From assembly GCA_035546095.1 (NCBI GenBank), contig DASZXB010000017.1, positions 24-64,023 on the forward strand: a DNA stretch of 64,000 nucleotides, given 5' to 3'. The stretch is from Verrucomicrobiia bacterium. GTDB taxonomy: Bacteria > Verrucomicrobiota > Verrucomicrobiia > Limisphaerales > UBA11358. The notes beneath the pieces were generated by a model, which saw only the letters and a program-made list of their open reading frames with translations, was not told where the DNA came from and searched no databases. Positions within the stretch are counted from its first letter, which is position 1, and each line of letters opens with the position of its first letter. Shown piece after piece: positions 41,473 to 51,328 of the stretch. The translations under genes and the position numbers were made by a program.

Positions 41473-43620
41473 TCAATCGCGGCGGCTGTATTCCTGAATC
41501 ACCGTGCGCCACCACGGGGCGAGCGATTCGGTCGGGCGCAACCATGATTGCCGGTGCAGCCAGACCATCACGCTTTGGTCGGCCATGACGGAAAGTCTTT
41601 CGTCGGCGGTCAATTGGTCCGGCCCCTCGGCCAGCAATTTTTCACCGAGCATCTGAACTTCCCGGCTGCCCGCGCCGAGCCGGGAAAATTGCTCGGCATA
41701 AACCGGATTCAATTGTTTTTCGCGCAGGAGCGAAACGTGAATGGCGTTGACATAGGGGTCGAGCGCGGCTTCAGCCAGACCGGCGTGTTTTTGGCGCGGC
41801 GAGTTGTCACCGGCGTTTTCGTGAGTTTTCATCCGTTCGCGCAGCGAAATGATTTCCACCGGCGGCTGCGTTTCTTCGGGCGTAAGGAATAGACCAAATT
41901 TTCGCGTTTGCCCGCCCAAGCTTTTGCGGCTGGTGAATACGCTCAAGGGAATGGACAAAATCATTCCGGCTAAAACAGGCGTGAACCACCAGAATAAGGC
42001 CGGTTCGAGTCGCCACATGAAAGTTCCCCAAACCAAGCCGACCAGCGTGTGTCCCCAATGTCGTCGGACGGCAAATGTCCAGGCGGTTCCGTCGGCGGCG
42101 CGTTTTTGTGTCGTCCAGCCGACGCTGATGCCAAACAGATTGGTGATGACAAATCGCGTGTGCCAGAGCATCAGCAACGGCGCGTGCAGCGTGGAAAAAA
42201 TGGTTTCGCCCGCGACGCTGACGGTTGCCCGCGCCAATCCGCCAAAGGCGCGACGGCGTTTTTCATCGAGCGCAAGGTCAATGAGCGCCAGAAATTTCGG
42301 CAGCATCAAAACTACCATGCAAATCATGAAAATCAGAAAGGCGTGCGCCGTGCCGCTCAAATTGATGACGTGCGCGCGCACAGTGATTTCGGAAAGGCCG
42401 GTGTAGGCGTGATACCAATAAATCCAGTTGAACACGAGCAGGAACGCGAGCCAAAGCGGGCTGGCCAGATAACCGCAAATGCCGAGAAACAAATGCAGAC
42501 GGCTCACGCCGCGCAATCCTTTGCCAAACAAAACGAGAGCGTGCTGTAGGTTGCCCTGGCACCAGCGGCGTTCGCGCTGCGCGTTTTCAATCATGTTCTG
42601 CGGAATTTCCTCGTAACTGCCTTCGAGGTCGTAGGCGAACCAGACTTCCCAGTTTTCGCGCAACATTAGCGCAGCCTCGACGAAATCGTGACTCAAAATC
42701 TGCCCGCCAAACGGTTTGCGGCCGGGCAATTGCGGCAGATCGCAAAATTGCATGAACGGCTCGGTACGAATCAGCGCGTTGTGTCCCCAATAATTTCCTA
42801 AATCGAGCGTCCAATAATTTAATCCCGCGATGAAGACCGGCGCGTAAAGGCGATTGGAAAATTGCTGGATGCGACCGAAAAGAGATTCCGAATTGACGAT
42901 GGCGGGAACGGTTTGAATCAATCCGGTGGTCGGCTGCGCTTCCATCAATTTGACCAAATCCACAAGCGTTTCGCCGCGCATGATGCTGTCGGCGTCGCAA
43001 ACCATGAAATATCGGTAGCGGCGTCCCCACGCATTGAGAAAATCACGGACGTTGCCGCTCTTGCGCGCTTCGTTGAAAAGCCGGCGGCGATAATAAATTT
43101 TGCCCAGCGCATTGAGTTCACGAATCAAATCGAACCAGCGGTGTTCTTCTTCAACCCATTTGTCCGGGTCGGTTGAATCGCTCAAAATAAAAAAATCGAA
43201 GTGTTGCAATTGGCCGGTTTTGGCAAGCGATTCGTAGGTCGCGCGCAGACCTTCATAAACGCGCGCGATATTTTCGTTGTAAATCGGAAAAACAATCGCC
43301 GCGCTGGTGTCGTCAATCTTTTGATTTTTGAAATCGGCCAGATGCGTGATGCGCTGGCGCGTGCCGAGAATCCGCACGGCGAAACCATACAGGCCGTGCA
43401 TACAGCCGATGGCGGCGAACGCGAAAAGGATGATGAAAAGAATCAGCAAGACGGTGCGCGAGTTCGACCAGCCGGTGCGCCACAACAAATCGGCGAACAA
43501 CAAGGAAACCAATCCCGTGAGTACAATGGCGGTGGAATAAAATACGAACAATCTCCAGCCGCGATGAATTCTAGGCGTCGAAACAAATTGGATTTGCGGC
43601 GATGAACAGGAAGCCGGCAT
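41473..43620 (-). CDS. opgH: osmoregulated periplasmic glucan glucosyltransferase
   Basis: 715-aa polytopic GT2 with FPIYNE...FDFFILSDSTDP, CDADS and QRERRWCQGNLQH motifs typical of OpgH/MdoH. Confidence 0.9.
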   Translation of the reverse strand: MPASCSSPQIQFVSTPRIHRGWRLFVFYSTAIVLTGLVSLLFADLLWRTGWSNSRTVLLILFIILFAFAAIGCMHGLYGFAVRILGTRQRITHLADFKNQKIDDTSAAIVFPIYNENIARVYEGLRATYESLAKTGQLQHFDFFILSDSTDPDKWVEEEHRWFDLIRELNALGKIYYRRRLFNEARKSGNVRDFLNAWGRRYRYFMVCDADSIMRGETLVDLVKLMEAQPTTGLIQTVPAIVNSESLFGRIQQFSNRLYAPVFIAGLNYWTLDLGNYWGHNALIRTEPFMQFCDLPQLPGRKPFGGQILSHDFVEAALMLRENWEVWFAYDLEGSYEEIPQNMIENAQRERRWCQGNLQHALVLFGKGLRGVSRLHLFLGICGYLASPLWLAFLLVFNWIYWYHAYTGLSEITVRAHVINLSGTAHAFLIFMICMVVLMLPKFLALIDLALDEKRRRAFGGLARATVSVAGETIFSTLHAPLLMLWHTRFVITNLFGISVGWTTQKRAADGTAWTFAVRRHWGHTLVGLVWGTFMWRLEPALFWWFTPVLAGMILSIPLSVFTSRKSLGGQTRKFGLFLTPEETQPPVEIISLRERMKTHENAGDNSPRQKHAGLAEAALDPYVNAIHVSLLREKQLNPVYAEQFSRLGAGSREVQMLGEKLLAEGPDQLTADERLSVMADQSVMVWLHRQSWLRPTESLAPWWRTVIQEYSRRD

Positions 43621-43623
43621 GGT

Positions 43624-44217
43624 TCAATGATGCGTGATAATGAAGATTGCCACGAACAACACGATGAACAACGTCCAGACAAAAATCATCTTGAAATAAG
43701 GCAGGCGGCCAAGATTCGTCAGCGTGGTGATGGGGCCGAGGTCGAGCGCGCGCGGTGTCATTTGCGAAACCTGAAAATCCGGGCCGGCGCGCAAAAAGGT
43801 TTCGCGCATCGCGCCGACAAATTCTTCAGGCCACGGGCCGGGTCGCAAGAATTGTTCCTGCCATTTGCCGGGCATATCCGCCAGCAACAAAGCAAGGCGT
43901 CCGCGCGTCGAGACATTCGGGGTGGTTCTTTCCGGCGGTGTCTGCAAAACTTCGCTGAACCATTCGTTGACGTAGCGTTCCATTTCTTCGGCGGCGATTT
44001 GCGTGGCGGAATAATTTGGTTCAGCCGGCGCGCGTTGCATCGCGCGTTCAATCACGCGGAGCACAAGCTGGCCAAGTAGGGCTTTGTTGCGGATGCGTAG
44101 CGCGTGAAAATAACTTTCAACTTTCGCGTAGGCAGCGTTCCATTCTTCCACAGGCCGACCGGCAAGTTTCTCGGAAGAAGTGGCTAAAACATCCGCGACG
44201 TTCACGGGGGACTCCAT
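43624..44217 (-). CDS. hypothetical tail-anchored protein encoded between opgG and opgH
   Basis: 197-aa ORF from ATG 44217. It overlaps the opgG stop by 16 nt and ends 3 nt before the opgH ATG. There is one C-terminal TM helix and no recognisable family. Confidence 0.5.
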   Translation of the reverse strand: MESPVNVADVLATSSEKLAGRPVEEWNAAYAKVESYFHALRIRNKALLGQLVLRVIERAMQRAPAEPNYSATQIAAEEMERYVNEWFSEVLQTPPERTTPNVSTRGRLALLLADMPGKWQEQFLRPGPWPEEFVGAMRETFLRAGPDFQVSQMTPRALDLGPITTLTNLGRLPYFKMIFVWTLFIVLFVAIFIITHH

Positions 44218-45770
44218 TGATAAACCCAGGTTTCGCTCACGACATTGGTGCCGCTTTGGAGCGTGCAACGCAAATCCACCGGATTCACGTTGCCGGGATT
44301 GGGTTGCATTTTCAGAATCACGCGCCACGTCCCCAAATCTGTGCAGCGGATGACTTGATTGTCCAAAATGGCCGCGTTGGTGCTGCAATTGGAAATGGCT
44401 ACAGGCGGATTATTTTCAGGAATGGCGTCAAGTTTGGGGCCGTCGAAATCAACGATGATTTGCCGGCAATCTTTGCAACTTGGATCAAGCCCCAAACGCG
44501 TGGACACAACGCGATTCTCTGAAAGTTTCCGGTCGGCTTCGCCCGATTGCCAGTAAAGCGTGTAGCTGAACCGAAACGGTTGCAGCGGCGCGGGTTTATT
44601 TTTCGGATCCCAAAACGCGACGATATTATCCAATCCCTCGTAGTGCGTGCTTAATTCAACCAAATGCAAATCGCCGTCGCCCCAATTACCGTTCGGCTCG
44701 ACCCAAACACTGGGTTTCAGTTGCGGAGCATCAAAATTATCCTGATATGCGGCAAATGAACGCTCACGTTGTAACAGTCCAAAACCACGGATGTCCGGCG
44801 CGGAAAAAATCTGGTGACGCATCACTACTGGATTGTTGAGCGGACGCCAAAAAATTTCGCCGTTGTTCATGTGGACAAGCAATCCGTCAGTGTCATGAAC
44901 TTCCGGGCGATAATCATCGAATTTGCGCTCGGTGTTTTTGCCGAACCAGAACATGCTGGTCAACGGCGCGAATCCCAAAGTTTTGATCGCCGCCGCGTTG
45001 GTATTAACGATTTGAATGTCCCACGACCGGCGAAGATACAAAATGGCGGTCACATCGGCGACAGTCGCCTCGCCCGGCCGGATGAGAAATTCATACGCGC
45101 CGGTGCAACTCACGCTGTCGAGAATTGCAAACAGCCGGATTTCGTCATCGTCACGATGCGGTTTGCCCAACCACCAATCGGTGAAGATTGGAAATTCCTC
45201 CGGCCGGTCCGATTCACCGCAATTGATTGCCAGTCCGCGCGCGGATTGCCCGTAACGCTGGTTTTTGGCGACCAACCGGAAATAGCTCGCGCCGAGAAAC
45301 GCGCCCAATTCGTCCAGTTGATTGGTCCTGTTCAACGCATACAAAATGCGAAAGCCGGCATAACCCGTGTTTGCCGGAATCTGATTCTGAATGTGCAAAT
45401 TACCGTAATCAAAAAAATCCTGCACAAAACGGATTGGCTGCGTGTGCGCCAGCATGAACTCATTCATGCGCACCGGTTCCTGATACAAATAACCCGGATG
45501 AAAAAATTCGATGCGAAAGGGAAGATTATCCTCCGTCCACAGCGCCTTGTCGCGGCGAAATCTTATTTGCCGGTATTTGTCGTAATCCAGATTGTCCTGC
45601 TGCAACACCTTCGGCAAATCCGCGCGCGGCGAATGGAACGGCGCGCTCGCCCGCGCCAACGCCAACTGCGACACATAATCCAGATTGATTTCCGTGGATT
45701 CCGTTCCGCCATAAACGGTTCCCGTCAGCGCCGTTACAATAATTAGAACTAAACAACTTCGTCGCCACAT
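44202..45770 (-). CDS. opgG: periplasmic glucan biosynthesis protein
   Basis: Signal peptide plus the MdoG-type pattern (FRIEFFHPGYLY, GASYFR, WWLGKP). I chose the ATG at 45770 rather than the TTG at 45806. Confidence 0.9.
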   Translation of the reverse strand: MWRRSCLVLIIVTALTGTVYGGTESTEINLDYVSQLALARASAPFHSPRADLPKVLQQDNLDYDKYRQIRFRRDKALWTEDNLPFRIEFFHPGYLYQEPVRMNEFMLAHTQPIRFVQDFFDYGNLHIQNQIPANTGYAGFRILYALNRTNQLDELGAFLGASYFRLVAKNQRYGQSARGLAINCGESDRPEEFPIFTDWWLGKPHRDDDEIRLFAILDSVSCTGAYEFLIRPGEATVADVTAILYLRRSWDIQIVNTNAAAIKTLGFAPLTSMFWFGKNTERKFDDYRPEVHDTDGLLVHMNNGEIFWRPLNNPVVMRHQIFSAPDIRGFGLLQRERSFAAYQDNFDAPQLKPSVWVEPNGNWGDGDLHLVELSTHYEGLDNIVAFWDPKNKPAPLQPFRFSYTLYWQSGEADRKLSENRVVSTRLGLDPSCKDCRQIIVDFDGPKLDAIPENNPPVAISNCSTNAAILDNQVIRCTDLGTWRVILKMQPNPGNVNPVDLRCTLQSGTNVVSETWVYQWSPP

Positions 45771-45886
45771 TTGGTAAATGAGAACTAAATTACGCAAAAC
45801 ATGCAAGTGTCGCGCACTTTTATTTGCAATAATTAAATCTCCTTAATTGATTGTTGCGCAATCGTTTCCGCCAAATCCAGAAATGA

Positions 45887-46882
45887 TTATTTTCCGAGCA
45901 AATCCGCGACCATTGCCTTTTCTTCTTTCAATTCATTTTCCGTCGCGGCGATTTTGGTTTTGCTGAATTCGTTGAGCGGAACATTTTGAACGATTTCCCA
46001 TTGCGCGCCGTTGCTGCGAATTGGATAACTGAAAATCAATCCTTTTTCGATGCCGTAATCGCCGGGCGAACAAACGGCGACGCTGAACCAATCGCCGGAT
46101 TTCGTCGGCGTTGTCAAATTGCGAACCGTGTCCACAACGGCATTCGCCGCGCTCGCCGCGCTGGAAAGTCCGCGCGCTTTGATGATCGCAGCGCCGCGTT
46201 GTTGAATCGTCGTGATAAATTCGCCTTTGAGCCATGCTTCGTCCTTGATGACATTGGGAACGGGCTGGCCGGAAATTTTTGCGTTGAAAAAATCAGGATA
46301 CATCGTCGCGCTATGATTTCCCCAAATGGCGAGATTGGAAATTGTCGTGTTGTCCACGTTCGCTTTTTTTGCAAGTTGTGTCACGGCGCGATTTTGATCG
46401 AGCATCGTCATCGCAAAAAAGCGGTCACTCGGAATTCCTTTGGCATTGTTCATCGCAATCAGCGCGTTCGTGTTGCATGGATTGCCGATGACGAGGACGC
46501 GCACGTCGCTCGCGGCATTTTTGGCAATGGCATTGCCCTGGCCGGTGAAAATTTTGCCGTTGATGCCAAGTAAATCTTTGCGTTCCATGCCGGTTTTGCG
46601 CGGAACTGCGCCGACGAGCAACGCCCAGTTCACGCCGCGAAAACCTTCATCCAGATTTCCGGTGGGAACAATTCCTTTGAGCAGCGGAAACGCGCAGTCG
46701 TCCAATTCCATACAAACCCCACCGAGCGCGGCCTGTGCTTTTTCATCGGGAATTTCGATGAGATGCAAAGTGACGGGCTGTTCCGGCCCGAACATCGCGC
46801 CACTGGCGATGCGAAAGAGAAGGGAATATCCGATTTGACCGGCCGCGCCGGTGACGGCCACGCGAATGGGTGCTTTGCTCAT
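45887..46882 (-). CDS. mdh: malate dehydrogenase
   Basis: [17 protein letters not shown]-terminus and IWGNHS motif of the LDH-like/cytosolic-type MDH family. Confidence 0.95.
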   Translation of the reverse strand: MSKAPIRVAVTGAAGQIGYSLLFRIASGAMFGPEQPVTLHLIEIPDEKAQAALGGVCMELDDCAFPLLKGIVPTGNLDEGFRGVNWALLVGAVPRKTGMERKDLLGINGKIFTGQGNAIAKNAASDVRVLVIGNPCNTNALIAMNNAKGIPSDRFFAMTMLDQNRAVTQLAKKANVDNTTISNLAIWGNHSATMYPDFFNAKISGQPVPNVIKDEAWLKGEFITTIQQRGAAIIKARGLSSAASAANAVVDTVRNLTTPTKSGDWFSVAVCSPGDYGIEKGLIFSYPIRSNGAQWEIVQNVPLNEFSKTKIAATENELKEEKAMVADLLGK

Positions 46883-47020
46883 AAATTCAGACGGCCAGTA
46901 TAATTTACACGCGCCATTTCACAAGCATGGAACATTTTTCAAAATTTGTCTTGGCAAAAAAAAAATTCAGCGTAAAACAGAACCGTTCTTTGAAACGGCA
47001 AAAGAAATTTTGCCACTGAT

Positions 47021-47154
47021 GCAATCAAATGTCAGGGAATCCGGTGAAAATCCGGAGCGGTTGCGCCACTGTAACGGCTACAAATTCCAAAGCCACCGGC
47101 AACGGGAAGGCGGAATGAGGTTGGAAGCCGAAGTCAGGATACCGGTTTGATTGT
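47021..47154 (+). promoter_or_regulatory. cobalamin (B12) riboswitch aptamer
   Basis: Contains AGGGAAUCCGGUGAAAAUCCGGAGCGGUUGCGCCACUGUAACGG, GCCACCGG...GGGAAGGC and AGUCAGGAUACCGG, matching the conserved cobalamin-riboswitch core including the B12 box. A 7-bp P1 helix aatcaaa (47023-47029) / tttgatt (47146-47152) closes it. Confidence 0.9.
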
Positions 47155-47240
47155 GCTCGTCGCTGCGAAAGCAGCAACTTCTCCGCAAAGAGAAGGATGA
47201 GGCCAGCCGGTCAAACTGTTTTTGGCCGGATTCCTGATTT

Positions 47241-47285
47241 GCCTTCATTTCTTGATTTGTGGAAGTGAAGGCGTTTTTGTTTTTT
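47241..47285 (+). terminator. intrinsic terminator (probable riboswitch expression platform)
   Basis: Stem gccttcatttct / ggaagtgaaggc (12 bp with two G-U pairs), an 8-nt loop, followed by gTTTTTgTTTTTT. Confidence 0.6.
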
Positions 47286-47360
47286 GACACGAATTGCACG
47301 AATTTTCACGAATGTTGAAAAATCACGCGACCATTCGTGTTAATTCGTGAAATTCGTGTC
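47286..47360. repeat. 29-nt-arm palindromic element (triple CACGAAT motif) in the operon leader
   Basis: gacacgaattgcacgaattttcacgaatg (47286-47314) and cattcgtgttaattcgtgaaattcgtgtc (47332-47360) are near-perfect inverted complements. Confidence 0.85.
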
Positions 47361-47440
47361 TTCATTTCCCTCTGGTCTCTCAACCAAAAAACCGTTCGCG
47401 TAAAAAAATTTTGCGCGGATAAAAATTGAAAGACTGGAAA

Positions 47441-49618
47441 ATGAAAAAAGTTCGTTTCGCGCTGGCAATTGCCGGCCTGTTTCTTGTTTGCAAATCGGCG
47501 TCGGCCATTTCACTGGATGACATTCAACTCTGGACTGGCTCCGGCACCAATCGCGCCGCACTCGTCATTGAATGGAGCGTGCCGGAATCTTTGACCAATT
47601 CTTCCGTGCCAGTTCCGATCGCGGACAAAACGCTTGTTTGGGGCTATCGGTTCAATGGCGCAGCCACGGGAACGCAAATGTTGCAAGCAATTTTGGCGGC
47701 AGACCCAAAACTTTATGTCGCTGAAGAATTCGGCGATTTCATCGTCGCCGCCGGTTACAATCTCAACGGCAACGGCAACATTGGCATCACCGACGGCACA
47801 ACCACCAATTTTTTTGCTGGTGGCCTTTTGTCTGACCCAACGGTAAATGTGGATTCCGTGCAGGCGATTAACTCCGGCGATTTATTTTGGAGCGGATTGT
47901 ATGGCCCGAATTGGGAGACGTGGCGTGAGACAAATGAACTCGGTGGCTTTTACACATCACCGAATCGCGGCACGAATGCATATTGGACGACGACAGACAC
48001 GGAATACTTCGGCACCGGTTTTCACGGTCAATGGCAATATTCAGGAGGCATAGACGATGCGCCACTTGCCGATGGTTCATGGATTGGTTTAAGCGTCGCC
48101 GCCGGTGAATTTGAACCAGACGCCAACGCGCCTTACAATGCGTACAAGCACGCGCCGGTTTCGCCTGATGGCACTTATGTCGCCTACGTTGCCAACACCA
48201 ACGATTTCGCCGTTCAAGTCCTCAGCTACACCAATCTTTACTACTTGAATGCTCTCGGCCAAACATTCTACTCCAACGCGCTCGCAGTGCTGGGCCAGCC
48301 GACGTTGAAATTCAAAAATGGCGCCAGTTTCTTTGGCGATGGAACAATCCACCGCGTCAAAATTGTCGAGCCGGCATTTTGGACCGACCCCACAGGAACG
48401 AATGACGTCATCACCAGAATAAACGTCGGCGGCCAAATTACCGTCAACATGGGACGCAAAATTTACCATAATCCAAACAATCCTTATGGCATTGATTTCA
48501 ATGTCTTTGGCAATTCATTTTATCAGGCAACGGGAGGGGCAGATCCGAAAACCGGCTTGATCAGTGATTCGACGGATGAAGGTAATGTTACGATCAATGG
48601 AAGTGCCGGGACTTACGGTCATACCACTATTGTTTCCGTCAGTCAGGACGGCACGAATTGGCTCACCTATCCTTACGTACCAGTTATTGTCCCGGACAAC
48701 GCCTACCGCTGGGACGACACCAATCATTGCTGGACGGATGAGCAAATGAATGAAACCAAACCGCTCAACCCATCGCTCAATTTTCCGGCTGGCACGACGG
48801 TTGCCAACGCGTTGGATCAATTTGTCGGCGCATATGGCGGCACAGGTTATAGCTTGCAAACATTCAACCTTCCGTGGATTCAATACATCCGCATCTGGGC
48901 GGGAGCGACCACTAACGATGCGAATTCTTCCGACTACACAGTCATTGATTCGATTGGCGCGGTCAATCCGGTCACCGTTGGCGACGCACTTTCCATCACG
49001 CCGGGCAATTTGGTTTCAGGCATCACTAACCTGAATTTTCAAAACCCGGCTGATTTGTGCCAGACTTTGATTTCGCTTAATTTTGATTCCGTCAGCACGA
49101 ATGCAAAAATCAGCACCGTCAGCCTGCATGAATTTTCTTCGTTCGCGCCGGTCATCGGCAACGTCTCCAGCGCGTATCAACTTCAAACTCGTTCGCTTGC
49201 GGATACAAATGCCGTGACACTTCAAGCCGACGTTGGCCTGCGCGTCGGTGACAATTATTCCGGCAACGGAAATGATTTGCGCGTTTTTCAATGGTGTGGC
49301 ACGAATTGGATTTCACAGCCGTTCACGTTTAATTCAATGAACAATGAAGTTGTCGTCGCGGGCGTGACGAATTTTTCCGCGTTTGTCGTGTCGCAAATCG
49401 TTCCGCCAAGTTTGGGCATTCAAACTTTGACAAATGGTTTCGCGTTTCAATTCGCGCCCGTTGCAAACGCTCAAAACATTTTGGAACGCTCGACCGACCT
49501 CGTGAATTGGACGCCAATTGCCACAAACACGCCGGCTGATTCGCAATCCATCACGTTGCAGGACACGAATGTGCCGTCAGACAAGGCATTTTATCGCGTG
49601 CTTTTGAACGTTCCGTGA
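47441..49618 (+). CDS. large secreted hypothetical protein, first gene of the B12-riboswitch operon
   Basis: 725 aa from ATG 47441 with a signal peptide ([22 protein letters not shown]). It has a C-terminal ...[11 protein letters not shown]...FYRVLLNVP module. No enzymatic motif recognised. Confidence 0.7.
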   Translation: MKKVRFALAIAGLFLVCKSASAISLDDIQLWTGSGTNRAALVIEWSVPESLTNSSVPVPIADKTLVWGYRFNGAATGTQMLQAILAADPKLYVAEEFGDFIVAAGYNLNGNGNIGITDGTTTNFFAGGLLSDPTVNVDSVQAINSGDLFWSGLYGPNWETWRETNELGGFYTSPNRGTNAYWTTTDTEYFGTGFHGQWQYSGGIDDAPLADGSWIGLSVAAGEFEPDANAPYNAYKHAPVSPDGTYVAYVANTNDFAVQVLSYTNLYYLNALGQTFYSNALAVLGQPTLKFKNGASFFGDGTIHRVKIVEPAFWTDPTGTNDVITRINVGGQITVNMGRKIYHNPNNPYGIDFNVFGNSFYQATGGADPKTGLISDSTDEGNVTINGSAGTYGHTTIVSVSQDGTNWLTYPYVPVIVPDNAYRWDDTNHCWTDEQMNETKPLNPSLNFPAGTTVANALDQFVGAYGGTGYSLQTFNLPWIQYIRIWAGATTNDANSSDYTVIDSIGAVNPVTVGDALSITPGNLVSGITNLNFQNPADLCQTLISLNFDSVSTNAKISTVSLHEFSSFAPVIGNVSSAYQLQTRSLADTNAVTLQADVGLRVGDNYSGNGNDLRVFQWCGTNWISQPFTFNSMNNEVVVAGVTNFSAFVVSQIVPPSLGIQTLTNGFAFQFAPVANAQNILERSTDLVNWTPIATNTPADSQSITLQDTNVPSDKAFYRVLLNVP

Positions 49619-49680
49619 AATGCCGCGCAAAAAATTCGCAATGGAAATTCGCCGGCGCGTTCGCACGATGCGGACGCGCC

Positions 49681-50412
49681 GTGCGAAATTCCGCGTTCAC
49701 GTTGATTGAATTGCTCGTCGTCATTGCCATCATCGCGATTTTGGCGGCGATGCTTTTGCCCGCATTGGCTCAGGCCAAAGCAAGGGCGAAGAGCCTTCAA
49801 TGTTTGAGTAATTTGCGACAAATGGTCATCGCCGCGCACGTTTATGTGGATGACAACGCCGATTTCTATCCCATTGCCTACTGGGGTGACGAGGACTCGG
49901 CCAATTCTTACTGCTGGGATTTGAGCGTGATTTATGACGACAACGGCAACGCCACCGTCCAGCCAGGCATTTTATGGGAAAGTCAGGGCAACGCCCAAAT
50001 CCAGCAATGCCCATCATTTGACGGCAGCGCCAACTGGGCCGACAATCCTTACACCGGCTATAATTATAACACCAGCTATATCGGCCATGGCCTGGATGAA
50101 GCGATTCAACTACCTGCGAAAACTGCGGACGTTCATCATCCGGCCAAAACGGTGATTTTTGGCGACGGCCAATATGCGGGGGGCGCGAATAAATTTATGC
50201 GCGCTCCCTTTCCGAATCCCGGCGACGTGTATTTCGACGGGCGCAATGCCGGCACGCAAGGATTTCGCCATCGAAATCGCAGCAACGCTGCTTTTTGCGA
50301 TGGTCACGCCGAATCGTTGCGCGATTGCTACACGAATAATTCTGAAAATTCCCTCGTCGCACCCGGCACTGGATTTCTTTCGGTTAGTAATTCCATGTAT
50401 GACCTTGAATAA
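49681..50412 (+). CDS. prepilin-type N-terminal domain / H-X9-DG (DUF1559) pseudopilin-like protein
   Basis: (M)[28 protein letters not shown] methylation-type leader from GTG 49681, with an alternative GTG at 49615 overlapping the upstream stop. The C-terminal [12 protein letters not shown] is an exact H-X9-DG motif. Confidence 0.8.
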   Translation: MRNSAFTLIELLVVIAIIAILAAMLLPALAQAKARAKSLQCLSNLRQMVIAAHVYVDDNADFYPIAYWGDEDSANSYCWDLSVIYDDNGNATVQPGILWESQGNAQIQQCPSFDGSANWADNPYTGYNYNTSYIGHGLDEAIQLPAKTADVHHPAKTVIFGDGQYAGGANKFMRAPFPNPGDVYFDGRNAGTQGFRHRNRSNAAFCDGHAESLRDCYTNNSENSLVAPGTGFLSVSNSMYDLE

Positions 50413-50418
50413 GACATT

Positions 50419-50943
50419 ATGAACATACCAAGATTTTTATTTTTGACCGGAATAATTTTTGTCGCAGCTTTGTCGCGATTGATTCCGCATCCGCCGAATT
50501 TCAGTCCCATCGCCGCGCTCGCCTTGTTCGGCGGCGCGCAATTTTCCTGCAAATGGATGGCTTTTATCGTGCCGTTGGCCGCCATGTTTTTGAGCGATTT
50601 GATTTTGGGATTGCACGCGTTGATTCCAGTCATTTATGGCTGCTTTGCGTTGATCGTCTGCCTCGGTTTTTGGCTGCGCCGAAATCAAAATATCTGCCGC
50701 ATCGGCGGCGCGGCAATAATTGGCGCGATTTTGTTTTTCGTCGTGACCAATTTCGGGGTTTGGGCAATCGGCTCATACTATCCGAAGACCGGAAACGGAC
50801 TACTCACTTGTTACATCGAAGCTATTCCATTTTTCTGGAACACGTTGACCAGCGATTTATTTTATTCCGCAATCCTTTTCGGCGCATTGCGCGCGGCGGA
50901 ATGGCGCTGGCCGATTATGCGACCGGCTTTGGCCGCAAACTGA
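50419..50943 (+). CDS. small polytopic membrane protein (resembles DUF6580 putative transporter family)
   Basis: 174 aa with about 5-6 TM helices. The N-terminal SRLIPHPPNFSPIAALALFGGA motif is, as I recall, characteristic of DUF6580-type putative vitamin transporters. This is unverified. Confidence 0.65.
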   Translation: MNIPRFLFLTGIIFVAALSRLIPHPPNFSPIAALALFGGAQFSCKWMAFIVPLAAMFLSDLILGLHALIPVIYGCFALIVCLGFWLRRNQNICRIGGAAIIGAILFFVVTNFGVWAIGSYYPKTGNGLLTCYIEAIPFFWNTLTSDLFYSAILFGALRAAEWRWPIMRPALAAN

Positions 50944-50944
50944 A

Positions 50945-51328
50945 ATGGAGTCCTCATCGGCAGAGCAGATTGATGCCGGACGATGCCCGCTCTGTGGCAA
51001 TCCGAACCATTGCCAGCTTTGCACCGTCGCCGCCTACAAAGGTTCGTGCTGGTGCGCAAAAGTGGAAATTCCCGATGCGCTGCTCGCGCAAGTGCCGCCC
51101 GATTTGCAGAGCAAATCCTGCATCTGCCGCGATTGCGTCACGGAATTTCATCGCGCAAAAAATTCCAGCGCACCGCCAAAAATTTTGCCGGGCGATTTTT
51201 ATTTCGACAACGGCTTGATGGTTTTCACGGCGGAATATCACTTGCGACGCGGTTATTGTTGCGGCAGTAGCTGTCGCCATTGTCCGTTTGAAGAAAAATC
51301 CGTCGCGCTGGTATCGGCGACCCAATGA
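50945..51328 (+). CDS. cysteine-rich CWC-type / DUF5522-like fusion protein
   Basis: N-terminal CPLCGNPNHCQLC...CWC...CICRDC, and C-terminal FTAEYHLRRGYCCGSSCRHCPF. Confidence 0.65.
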   Translation: MESSSAEQIDAGRCPLCGNPNHCQLCTVAAYKGSCWCAKVEIPDALLAQVPPDLQSKSCICRDCVTEFHRAKNSSAPPKILPGDFYFDNGLMVFTAEYHLRRGYCCGSSCRHCPFEEKSVALVSATQ

